In this document: positions 1 to 11,903 of the stretch, piece by piece | How the letters are laid out: every line of letters starts with the position of its first letter | How positions within the stretch are numbered: the first letter of the stretch is position 1 | From: Felis catus | Lineage: Eukaryota | Direction: 5' to 3' | Length of the DNA stretch: 64,000 nucleotides | Assembly (NCBI RefSeq): GCF_018350175.1 | Contig: NC_058368.1 | Span: 2,232,001-2,296,000, forward strand | The notes under the pieces: model-generated | What the model saw: the letters and a program-made list of their open reading frames with translations, nothing else | Told to the model about the DNA's origin: nothing | The model's database searches: none | Made by a program: the position numbers and the translations under genes

Positions 1-1580
1 TTAAGAGGGTGAACAAAGGTGCTCAGAACCAGGGGAACAACAGAACCCCAAACTCGGTGGGCTGAGACCACACAGAACTGGGTGCTTTCTTCTAATATGC
101 ACAAAGGCACTGCAGGTACCAGCATCCCCTGGTTTTAAATGCCCCAAGTTGAAAACATCCAAAAATGTTTTAGTGAAAGTCCTTGCAAAATATCTTAGCT
201 ATTTCCTGGATAAATAATCGTGCTTGATGACTGAGGCTTTAATTAGGTTACGTCCAAGGAACGCTATGAAGAGCAACTCACAGTGGAAAGTAGCTGGATG
301 CTGAAACAGAAAAATCTACGTTCAAATCCCGGCTGGTTACCTAACTCGTCCAACCTCGGTTTTCAGCTCTGAAAATGGGAAGGGCAACAGCTCCCTCGGC
401 ATTAACTTCATTTCCTTATCTTCTGTATTCTTGACGCACTGGCACCTGGGGCCTTGCTGACTGAAGAGAGGCTGCCTCTCCCAGAGCTTTCCGGTCCTTA
501 AGCGACAGCAAGGAATAAACCTGTTTGTCTGTGACGACCTGACCAATCCAGAGTTCGTACTCCAAGCCACCTCCTCTCTCTGGCTGCTACTCTGCAGGAG
601 ACAATACTGCCCTGCCTTCACCACTCCACGGAAAGGTGAAGACAACCCAGGGACTGCAGACATGATTCAAACTGGCTCCCCCTACATCTGGTCACCCTGC
701 CTGGTGCTTCCCACGTGGTCCTGCATGGCGCGGTGGGCCCCTCCCCTCAGACACCGTGAGGAACAAACTTCCTTTTCGATGATACCTAATCAGCTCCCGA
801 TCGGCTGGCTTCAACATGCCTGAGCAGTTCAGTCATAAAACCTACATTTTAAAACCTCTCAATAGAATTTTTAGGAAGGATAAATACAAAGTACTTTTTC
901 ACCACAATAATCCCCTCTTCAAAATCAAAGATTTAAATGTGGAAACAAAACTAATTAAAATGCCAATGGAAAAGGAAAACCTGGGTCAATATCGTATAAA
1001 TGTATAGGGAACAGACTAAAGCCAGAAGTCATAAATGAAAAGCATGGCTTTTAAATAAATAGGAAAGTCAGAAATCATAAAAATACTGCTTTAAAAATAT
1101 AAAACTTCAGTTTGATAAAAACAAAACAGGGTTGTAAGATATAAACTGAAAACGTGGAAAAAAACCTTTGCGACTCATGATAGAAAAAAGATTAACATCT
1201 ACGGAGGCAGGAAACAGATTAGTGGGTGTTTCGGGTATTGGCAACTTCACTTTTATTACTGTAAAACTGCAGGAAGTCTCTTCAACTCAACCAAAAGCAA
1301 CTACTTCCCTAAAACTGGTGTATCTACTGTTACAGTGTTGGTGAAAAGAGTTCGGATCACCAAAGTTCACTGTATCTTGTTTACTATCCATTTATATACA
1401 AATAAACATAAACATATGAAGGTAAATCATAGCCGATCTGCTTTCTGATCCATTATAAATTCCATCTAGTAAAACTGAAATGAAGTGTCTCTATTTATAA
1501 TAAAGAATGAAGGAACTCTTTATGAATATAGCATCTTAAAAAGGCTTAAATATATGGTTTAAGATAGAAAAAAGACTTAC

Positions 1581-1701
1581 CGTCCAAAATTTTATAAAGT
1601 ACTGTAAAACTGTTGTAGCCACAAAAAGGCAATATAACAAGGAATACAATAAAAACAGCAGGAAGAATTTGTAATTAGAAAATCCCACACAGTTATTCAC
1701 C
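1581..1701 (-). CDS. ZDHHC20: ZDHHC20 exon 7 (121 nt; [40 protein letters not shown])
   Basis: ttcttctag|GGTGAAT...TGGACG|gtaagt; visible within ORF 1536..1895(-); encodes TM3. Confidence 0.97.
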
Positions 1702-4566
1702 CTAGAAGAATACAAAAAGTCACACTGTAAAAATATGACAAGCCACAAACTCACAGAGACAAAACACAGAATGGTGTTTTCCAGGGGCTGCATGGGGCAG
1801 GGATGGGCCCAGAACCTTAGCTGTGCAGGATGAGAAGCTCTGGAGGCTGGGCGCACAACAATGCGAACGTACTTTGTACCTACTGAAGTGTCCACGCAGA
1901 AATGGTTAAGGTGGTAAATTCTGCGTCATTTTTTAAACCATAATAAAAACAGCAATAACACATACGACAGATAAAAAACTTAATCATTATTACTTGGAAA
2001 TGAGCCATTTGGGAAGCAGGAGAAGCAGGGTCTTCATTGTGGATGTGTGTTTTTAATAAATTCTATGAGGAATTTGGAATTTATTTTATTATTTCTGAGA
2101 GAGACAGGGTGAGTGAGAGGAAGAGGGATAGGACACAGGGAGGGGGAGAAAGACTCTTAAGCAGTCTCCAAGCTCAGTATGGGGCCCAACACGGGCCTTG
2201 ATCTCACGACTGTGAGATCATGACCTGAGCCGAAATCAACAGTTCAGACACTTAAACGCCTGAGCTACACAGGTGTCTCAAGCAATTTGGAATTTTGATG
2301 TTTAATTCTTTTTTTTTTTTAATTTAATGTATTTATTCTGAGAGAGAGAGAGAACGAGCAGGGGAGGGGCAGAGAGAGAGGGAGAGAAGAATCCCAAGCA
2401 GGGTCCGTGCTGTCAGTGTGGAGCCCGGGGGGGGGGGGGCGGTGGGGGGCGGAGGGGGTTTGATCCCACGAACCGCGAGATCATGCTCTGAGCTGAGATC
2501 AAGAGTGGACACTTAACTGACAGCCGCTCAGGTGCCCCAATGTCAATTCTTATTATGTACTTACTTGGGTTAATACATCAACTTTATAGTTAAAGGAATA
2601 TATTTAATATAAACAACTACATACATATATATGCATATAAATGACTACATCAATCTTGATATCTAGGAGTAATTACACTGACCTTCAAAATTTAAAAATG
2701 CTGAGGTAAATTACTCTCAATTCTCTCCTTCCCACCTCTCCACCCCCAATGAGATTTTCTCTATTTTTTTATACATACCAAGGACAGTGATGATCCATCT
2801 TAAGAATACATCTAAAAAACAAATAAGCATAAGAAAATCCTTATAAAAATTCCCCTAATTCTAATTGCTCATAATTCTCTTCTTCTTTGGCTTAAATTTT
2901 TACCTTTACAAATAACATCTTAGAAGAACCAACCCAGTGAACATTAGGTTCGAAAATATTTCTGATATTTCGCCCAGTACTTTTACAGGTAAGAAATAAT
3001 GATTTTTAATACTGGGAATTCAGTTGTGCACAGTCAACTGCTTTGAACCACATCAAATGATATTTTAATATACTGATATGGTACATGTAACACTAGGTCA
3101 CTTAGACAGGCCCAGCTTACAAATTAGCTGAGGGAGATAAAATGAAACACAGAAATCCCTAGGCTGTTTTAACCACATGCAAGACATAAAAATAAAACCA
3201 TAGGAGCAAATATGTTAAAATATTACCAACGATGAGCTTGTAGATGGTTATTTTTTCCACACAATTCACAAAATTGGATTCCATAGATGAGCACGACTAT
3301 GCTTTTATAATTAAAAAAACCCCTCCAAATCTGCCTCCCCGCCAATACACATAATCCAGATTTGTATGAACTCAGACCAGAGAACATCTCAAATACAGCC
3401 GTCTCCCCTATCTAGAGTTGCTTCTCCGCGTCTCAGCTCCCAGCAGTCACCCACGGTCTGGAAGCAGATGATCCTCCCTCTGACGCACCCAGGTCAGCGG
3501 CAGCCAGACGCTACGTCACAGGGTCTATGTCACCCACCTCCCTTCATCTCTTCCCAGTAGGGGTAGGTACACGGTAAGACATTTTTAGAGAGTCCACATT
3601 CACATACACTTATTACAGCCTATTGTCATAACTATTGTTTTATTATTAGCTACTGTTGTTAATTTCTTACCGTGCATAATTTAGGAGTTAAATTTTTTCA
3701 TATAGTTATGTATGTATAGGAGAAAACATAGTATATATAGTTTCAGGCATTCACTGGGGATCTTGGGACATATCCTCAGACAGATAAGAGGGGACTGCTG
3801 TAACATAAGAAATGAATAAACTAATACCCAGAATGTTAAACAACCTAACTACAGTTCAAGGACTAGCAGAGATTCCTAAACTATAGATCTTTCCTTCAAC
3901 ACACTATCTTCTCAAAAGTGTACATAAAATAAAATCTTTCAAATTTTTCTGGGAACGATGTCACAGACAGTAACTGAAAAGAGTATGTTTGTGGTTTGTT
4001 ATGTTTTAATATTAACAAGATAAACAAGAATATTGTCATGATAGTCTTTTTAATCCGTGAGCTAAAGTTATCTTTCTCAAAGGGGTTATTACTTGCTCAT
4101 CAATGTTATATTAGGCGTAAGCATAGGAAGTATATTTAAAAAACATTCTATCAACTAGTATTGGAAGCGAGATTACTTCAAAGTATATTCTAGCTTATAT
4201 AAATATTTTTGTTAGCCCAGCATACATAGCAAGTAATTGGAGAGGATGAAGCGTTTCTGCTAAGCATAAAGCATACAAAATATTCCACCCCCTACTATTC
4301 TCCCGTCACCAATGTGCAGTGCTAGGGTTAAATGAAAACAAATGAGTCATACTTACATGTCACATGCTGAGCAGTGATGTGCCCGGTCAGGTTTAATCAA
4401 CTGACATCTTTCACAATATCTGATGGCTACATTTAAGAATTAAAAGGAAATTGTTGAAGGATGTACAAGCTGAATTTGACTATAACATTTGCTTTCGTTC
4501 TTTTACAAATAACTCTGTGAAACTGGCAACTAATCATTTAAAAAAAATTTAATGTTTACTTATTTT

Positions 4567-4598
<32 letters not shown>

Positions 4599-7500
4599 AA
4601 GCCAGGGAGGGGCAGAGAGAGAGGGAGAGAGAAATCCCAAGCAGGCTGCGCCCAATGCAGAACTCACAAACCATGAGATCATGACCTGAGCTGAAACCAA
4701 GAGTCGGACGGATGCTCAACCGACTGAACCACCCAGGTGCCCCTCAAAAAGTACTTTTTAAAACCATGATTATGGATGAATAACGACAATATCATCATAG
4801 TTAGATGCTCACTGTTCTCTGCGTGACGGCCTCTAAAGCAAACAGATTGTACCGACTTGGCAACAAGGCCAATCAATGGTCTCTCGCAAACTTTTGAAAC
4901 TTTTACAGATTAGAGCAATTAAATGGTAAATACTCTGCTTGATATTCTAAGTGTAGTGGGCTTCTTTGGGGCATATCTGCCTGGTCGAAAAGCCACTCTC
5001 TCCTCCTCTGGGGAACAAGTCCAGACCACCCTTCCCCCTTCTAGTTCGTGCTCTCTCTCCCGCGGATGCAGCACAGAGCCGGAGCGCTGGAGCTGGGAAA
5101 CACATGATGGTGATAGTCTGCCATGTGACTTGGGGAAAAAATGAAAACTCATTTGGAGGCAGACAGTGTTACAAATCAAGCAGATCTACAGGAACCAGAA
5201 GAAACAAGCTCCACACAGTCCCAGCTTTGGCTCTCCAATTCTGGTTCCAGTTCTGTCTTGCAGTCCTGCCCTTAAGATACTGGAAATACCCACCAATTCC
5301 TGGTATTTTTCATATTTCATATTTTTCGGTAGTTTTTTGGGGTGAGAGTTAAAAAGCCTAAGTTGCTGCCTATTACTTGTGATCCTATTTGTTTGAGCCT
5401 ATTTTCTGTACTATTACTGTTTGTTTCCTAGCACAGAAAATAGGTTCAAATAAAAATTTAAATTAACGATACCCTCTAAAAATTGCACGGACGATGTCAT
5501 GTGTTACAATCTTTTTGGAAGGAAATTTGGGAGCATCTATAAAAACTTAAGATGTATATGTTCTCTGACCCAGGATTTCTACTTCTAGAAAATTCTACAG
5601 ACATGTTCACTATAGCATTATTTTTAACAATAAAATATTATGAATTACTTAAGTTATGTAAATGGCTAGTCATTTTATATCTATCCATACAGTGGAATAC
5701 TATGCAGACTTTAACGAGAATTTTCCATACAAAATACACACATACCCTAAACTGGAAAAATGCAAATATATCAGATGAAAAAAAGCAAATTGTAGAACAG
5801 TTTGAATATATAGCATGTTTCACATCTCTAAGGGAAATAAGTATATTCTTTTCTCTTCACATATCCCAATAAAATATATCCACCTTCTAGAGGTGAATTA
5901 ACATGTAAGAGAGACAAAGTGCTATTCTGAAGCTTTGAAGCAATGTTATACTTGCTAAAAGGCACTATCCAGGTAACTAAATCTGTATTGGTTAATACCT
6001 ATCCACTCTAGTTGTTGAAATATATTAATTGCATGTAAGTTTTGTAATACTCTGCCAAGTATGAAAATTTTCTGCGAGGATGTAACAGGGTCCCCCTGGA
6101 GAACACTGCCAGGGTGAAGGGCAACCTCACTTTTCATTTGGTGCCCTAAAAATTTTTTTTTAAATCATGTGCATGTATTACTTTTGTAATTTCAACAAAA
6201 ACGTCTTTAAAATGAAGGGGATGTAGGTAAATACCCACTCCTTAAATGAGTAAGCCGTACTACACTGAGGGCCTTCTAGAGGGCCTTAACCCCATCACCG
6301 GGGTTGGACACTAGGGAGGTCAAACCAGACAATGTAGAAAAAGTAAAGCTTTAGGACCGTAGGAATGTGCTAGCTGATCTCTCCATTCAACAGATGAAAA
6401 ACACCCCAAAGTCGAGAGGAAGTAATCTGCCCAAAGGCTAAACACAGCTGAACTGGCGGTTAAGTAAGATGAAGGTCAAGAGTATCTTAGTTTCTTTTTC
6501 CTCTATTCTTCTACTCAAAATTCTGAGATGGTAATTTTGCCCTGAGAGGAGACTAAACTGAACAGACTTTTTTTTTTCAGTTTTTATTTATGTGTTTTGA
6601 GACAGAGACACAGTGTGAGTGGGGGAAGGGCAGAGAGAGAGGACCCCAAGCAGGCTCCGTGCTGTCAGCATAGAGCCCCGTGCGGGGCCCGAACTCACAA
6701 AACCGTGAGATCATGACCCGAGCTGCCACCGAGAGTCAGACGCTTAACCGACCGAGCCAGCCAGGCGCCCCTGAACAGACGTTTGAAGAAGACTTGTGGT
6801 GGACCTTGAGGACTGAGCGGATAGAGGAACCGAGGAAAAGGAAGCAACCAGAAAACTTCAGTTTCTGGTCTAGGGCACCTAGATGAACGAGGCGGCAAAC
6901 CACCGAAGGGAGCCCAGGTGAGGGCGGGCCGGGCGGGTAGCCTGGGGTAGGTGTTTTTCATGAATTCATTCTCTCACCCATTCAGGCAGCAAGTACTGTA
7001 TTCAGAGAGTTTCTGCCACGTGGCAAATACTGCTTGACGGTATTAAAGTCTGAATTGATGCGTCCAGTTCTGTTTGGGTTTGTAGGTTTGGATAATAGGT
7101 GGCTCAAGGACAGCTGTCCTGGGGGAGGCCTGGGAAGACGATGGAGCAGGCCGACCCCGAGCTCACCTCATCCCACGGGCACCCACAGATCACAGACACA
7201 TTGGTGCAAGAAACCCAGAACAGGAACCAAGCGGGAGATGCTGAACCGGGCGGTGCAGGCCAAGGAGAGTGGGAAGCCTTAAATGATGGGTCCTGGGCCC
7301 CCAGGGGGAGAGGGCTGCACCTTCTTCCCTTGCATCCCCGGGGAGGACGCTGCAGCCCTGGGGCAGGGAGGTGGGAGGCCTCCAGGCAGACAAGCAATCC
7401 TCGTGTGTAGCTGCAACTCTGCCCGTGTACCTGACGTACAAGAAAGGGTCTGGGATACAGGTGAGTGCTGGTGTGACAGTGTCCTTGAATCTGCTCTAAT

Positions 7501-10500
7501 TCATATGAGGAAAGTGAACTCCTTCTTGAAAACTATTAAAGAAAACAAATTGAGACATAATAAACGAATGATCACAATATCACAGTGTCAGAATTCCATA
7601 ATTGAAAACAAAAGTTGAAGGAACAGTACAAAAAGAATTGGGGCAGGGCACCCTTGTGAAGTGAAGAAATAGAAAAATAAGGGGCGCTTGGGTGGCTCAG
7701 TTGGCTGAGCATCTGACTCCTGAATTTGGCTCAGGTCATGATCCCAGGGTCGTGGGATCAAACCTTGTATGGGACTCTGCACTGAGAAGGGAGCCTGCTT
7801 AAGATTCCCATTCTCTCTCTCTCCAAAAAGAAAAGAAAAAAGAAAAAAATTTAGGAGGATGAATGATCATTCAAGGATGCAGAACAAGAACTATACTAGA
7901 AAAGCAAAAAGAAGAAAGCTTCTCAAGAAGTCAGAGGGCAAAAGCCACCGAGCTCAAGTAGGGAGAATGGAGGCCAGCTGTCTGGAATCACGTGGGAAGG
8001 AACACACGCCCTGGGTACAGACAGGTTACCAGAGGATCTAACGCAAAATATAATAGTGGTTAGAATATCAACAGAACCAAATTTTTGTTGTGACTGTTGT
8101 TTTAAGTTTATTTATTTTGAGAGAGAGAGAGTATGTGAGTGGGGGAGGGGCAGAGAGAGGGGCGGGGAGCAGGGAGCGGGGAGAGAATCCCAAGCAGCCT
8201 CCTCGCTGTCAGCACAGAGCCTGATGGGGGGCTTGAACCCACAAACTGTGAGACCGGGACCTGAGCTGACGTCAATAGCTGGATGCTTAACCGACTGAGC
8301 CACCCAGGTGCCCTGAATTTTTTTTTTTTGTTTTTAAGAGAGACATACTTTGACGCATACCTGAAAGCAGAAGGAAGAAGTTGCTTGTAATTTATTAAGT
8401 GGAGAAGCAAGAGTTTTAGGAGAAAACTGGGGGAGAAGAGAGGAAAAAGGTCAGCAATCTCCATGCAAATGTAAGAAAGGACGAGGGGTGCCTGCGTGGC
8501 TCAGTTGGTTAAATGTCTGGCTCTTGATTTCAGCTCAGGTCATGATCTCACGGTTCATGAGATTAAGCCCCACATCAGGCCCTATGCTGACAGTGCAAAG
8601 CCTACTTGGGATTCTTTCTCTCCGTCTCTGCCCCTCTACCACCCTCTTCTCTCTCGAAATAAATAAAATCAACATTAAGGAAAAAAAGCAGAGGAACACA
8701 GACACCAAGAGGAAACTGATAAGCTCTGGAAAAGCCAGCCTGTAAGGGTGTGGTGACAGTGCACTGTGCTGGGAGCAGCAGGGACTCTGTCACCAGTCAG
8801 GTGAGATGCCAGTTCTCCCGCCAACCGCGTCAGTTACTGCGTCAATAACTCACTTTCCACGAGCCTCAGTTTCCTCCTGTGTGAGTGCAAATAATACCAC
8901 GTGTAAGGGACTGCCGTACAGATTAAATACAAAATCTTCTAGAACATATCAGATTCTCAATAAAGCGGGTGTTATTCATAGGATAATAAAAATTATTTCT
9001 GGTAAATATATGATTACAATTCCTGATAAAATAGAAATTCGGACTATGATGGGAAAAATCACGGAGAGAAGGCTAGTTAGATTCGCAAGTGCACAAATGG
9101 TGCGACACTAGAACTGGGATGACACAGAGAAGGTCGGCAAGGCCCCCTCATGAGAGTGACGTGCAGGGAACGCAGGAGAGGCCCCGGAGGAGGGACAGAT
9201 TCATTCAACACCTACCGAGGGCCTATTAATGAGACACTTCGTTAGGGACCACGGGAGAAACTCCTGACTGCCAGACTCTTAGAATCAGGTCGAGGAGGTG
9301 AGATAAACAGAAATGACTATGAGGCTGTGATTTGTGATCGACAAGGTAAGAATTTGAGAAGTTCCAAGCACTTTTAAAAATTACTTCTTGTTCAAGTGAA
9401 TAGAAATGGGTGAAAAGTAGACATTAAAACTTAAACTGGATTTAAAGAGGAAAAAATAATCATTCTAGGCAGAGGAAAAGACATTTCAAAAAGGTGGGGG
9501 GGAAAGACAGAGTGCTTCAGCACAGAGTTGATACAGGGAAACAGTGTGGGACAAAGGGAGAGAGACGTTGGTTGGATCCACCCTGTGGAGACTAAATTTT
9601 GTTTGTTTGATGAATAGATAATAATATGTCCACATGGTTCAAAAAGACCAAAGAGGAAGTGAGTGAAAAGCTTCCCTTCTGCCCCCGGAGATCCTTCCTG
9701 TGGAGGCCGCTCTGTCACTTTCATTCGTCTCTGGTCTATGGAAGGTCCACTTCCTATAATACGTGTTTCTGTAATTTTGTTTTTTAAAGAATGAATAGAT
9801 TTGACTTCTACAACAAGAAAAAAGAATAAAAGTCCCCAAAGTTTGGAATTCTAAGCAGCAGAAGTGCAGTATAAAACAGTGCTCCAGAGCTAGGACTCTG
9901 CCTGTCGTCAGAAGGTAAGAAGCTGTAAATCTCAGACCTTATCACTCGGGGACTTTGGACCCCTCATTGTGCCTCCTGTCCTCATGTCTAAAATGAGGAC
10001 AAGTGCATCACCTACCTCAGAGTTGTCCCGAGGATTAAATAATCACCAGCAAAGTGTGTAAGACTGAATAGATGAAGGATATTATTCAGATTAGAGGAAA
10101 GTCATTATAATTAATGAAAAATAATAAAGCTTAAAGTGTAAAGATTTTACATCAGCGGCTATTAACTCTTCAGGACACATGTACTGCTCTGAAAATCAGA
10201 TGATCTTGCTATGAATGGGCTACTCTGAAAGCTACACGTACCCACAACTTTACATATTATCTCAGGATTCATAAATTCTTCAAAATCTTGGATTTCAGGT
10301 TAAGAACGTCTAATCTACAGAACTAGAAGCGCAAATAATTATTATAAACCACACTTTTCATGATTGAATAGAAATAGGATTATTCTATATTAGCTATCAT
10401 TTACTGAAAATTTATAATTATATACCAAGATCTACACTAAATGCACATCTCATTTACGTATCTCACTTAATATTTCCACTAACCCAAAGACGTAGATATG

Positions 10501-11854
10501 TTTAGCCTTGTTTTAAAATAAGGACACAAGCACTTACAAAGCTAGTGACTCTCGCTACACTAGTAATAGAAAAGCTGGGGTCTGATCTGATATTCACGTT
10601 TTCGTTATGTATGGCAATGTATTAGTCGTGCAAAATGAATAGTATTAAGCGCACGAAAAATTTAAAAGTCAAATACCCCCTCCTAAAATCTGGCACAAAC
10701 TTTGTACTTCCTTAGTCACAACTTGTATGTGACTATACGAAAGTAAAGTTCCTTTTGCTTCCCCGCGGAGTTCAGCAGCATAGTGGGTTCTAGGGCCACA
10801 GCACCTCGATTTTATGCCAATTTTTCACACAGTCCCTGTCTGACCTTGAACAAGTTATCAACCTCTCTGTGTCTCAGTCTCCTCGCCTGTGAAATGAAGA
10901 CAACAGTGTCTACGGCACAGGGCTGTTGTGAAGTTTAAATGAGTGTGTGTAAAGCACTCAGAACTGAGTAACTGTCGGCCATTACAGTATCTGCTATTTG
11001 AACAAACTCAGGAGGTACGTAATACATAACGTAAAACAATTTCCTATATTGAAGTGACCACACCGGTCACTCAGAAATTCATCCCTATCGTAAGACTCTC
11101 ACCTGAGAAAAGGAAGGTGCTGGAGGAGCACCCACCTCAGTGCAAGAAGTGGGACAGCGGAAGTACCAGTGGCTTTGGAACCAGACTAACCCGAGTTCAA
11201 ATTCTGGCTCTCTGAATAGTAGTTTGAAAAACTGAACAGAGAGTACCCGGGTGGCTCAGTCGGTTGAGCGTCCAACTTTGGCTCAGGTCGAACTCATAGT
11301 AAGTTTGAGCCCCACCCTGGGTTCACTGCTGTCAGCGCAGAAGCCACTTCGGATCCTCTTTCTCGCTCTCTACCCCTCCCCCAGCCTCAAAAATAAACAA
11401 ACATTAAAAAAAAAAAACTGGAACAGGCTTCCTCCCCTTTGTGTCTTTTATTCCTATCCATTCTAAATTCGTGCATTCTTGATTAAAAAAAAATTACTCT
11501 TGTGATGACACACGATATTCAAATTCAAACCAGAATTTCCAAAAAATGGTTCACTAAGAATAACAAATGAAATTTTTAGCCATGATGTTGAGTTGGAAAA
11601 AAAATGCACAGAGACTCATAGTGAGCCCCTTAAAAAATCAATTATCAGGGCACCTGGGTGGCTCAGTTGGTTGAGCGTCCGACTTCGGCTCAGGTCATGA
11701 TCTCACACTCTGTGAGTTCAAGCCCCGCATCGGGCTCTGTGCTGACAGCTCGGAGCCTGGAGCCTGCTTCAGATTCTGTGTCTCCCTCTCTCTCTGCCCC
11801 TCCCCCGTTCATGCTCTGTCTCTCTCTGTCCCAAAAATAAATAAACGTTGAAAA

Positions 11855-11903
<49 letters not shown>

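Noticed and set aside
337..663. 108-aa minus-strand ORF as a possible ZDHHC20 exon 8 or alternative exon
   Set aside because: No similarity to the expected downstream ZDHHC20 sequence and no convincing splice sites identified.
1702..1895. N-terminal part of ORF 1536..1895(-)
   Set aside because: Intronic L1 3' remnant that happens to be open in frame with exon 7; the real acceptor is at 1702-1703.
7034..8080. GC-rich patch with several overlapping ORFs
   Set aside because: No recognisable protein; followed by A-rich sequence resembling a decayed ancient LINE; not CpG-island-like.
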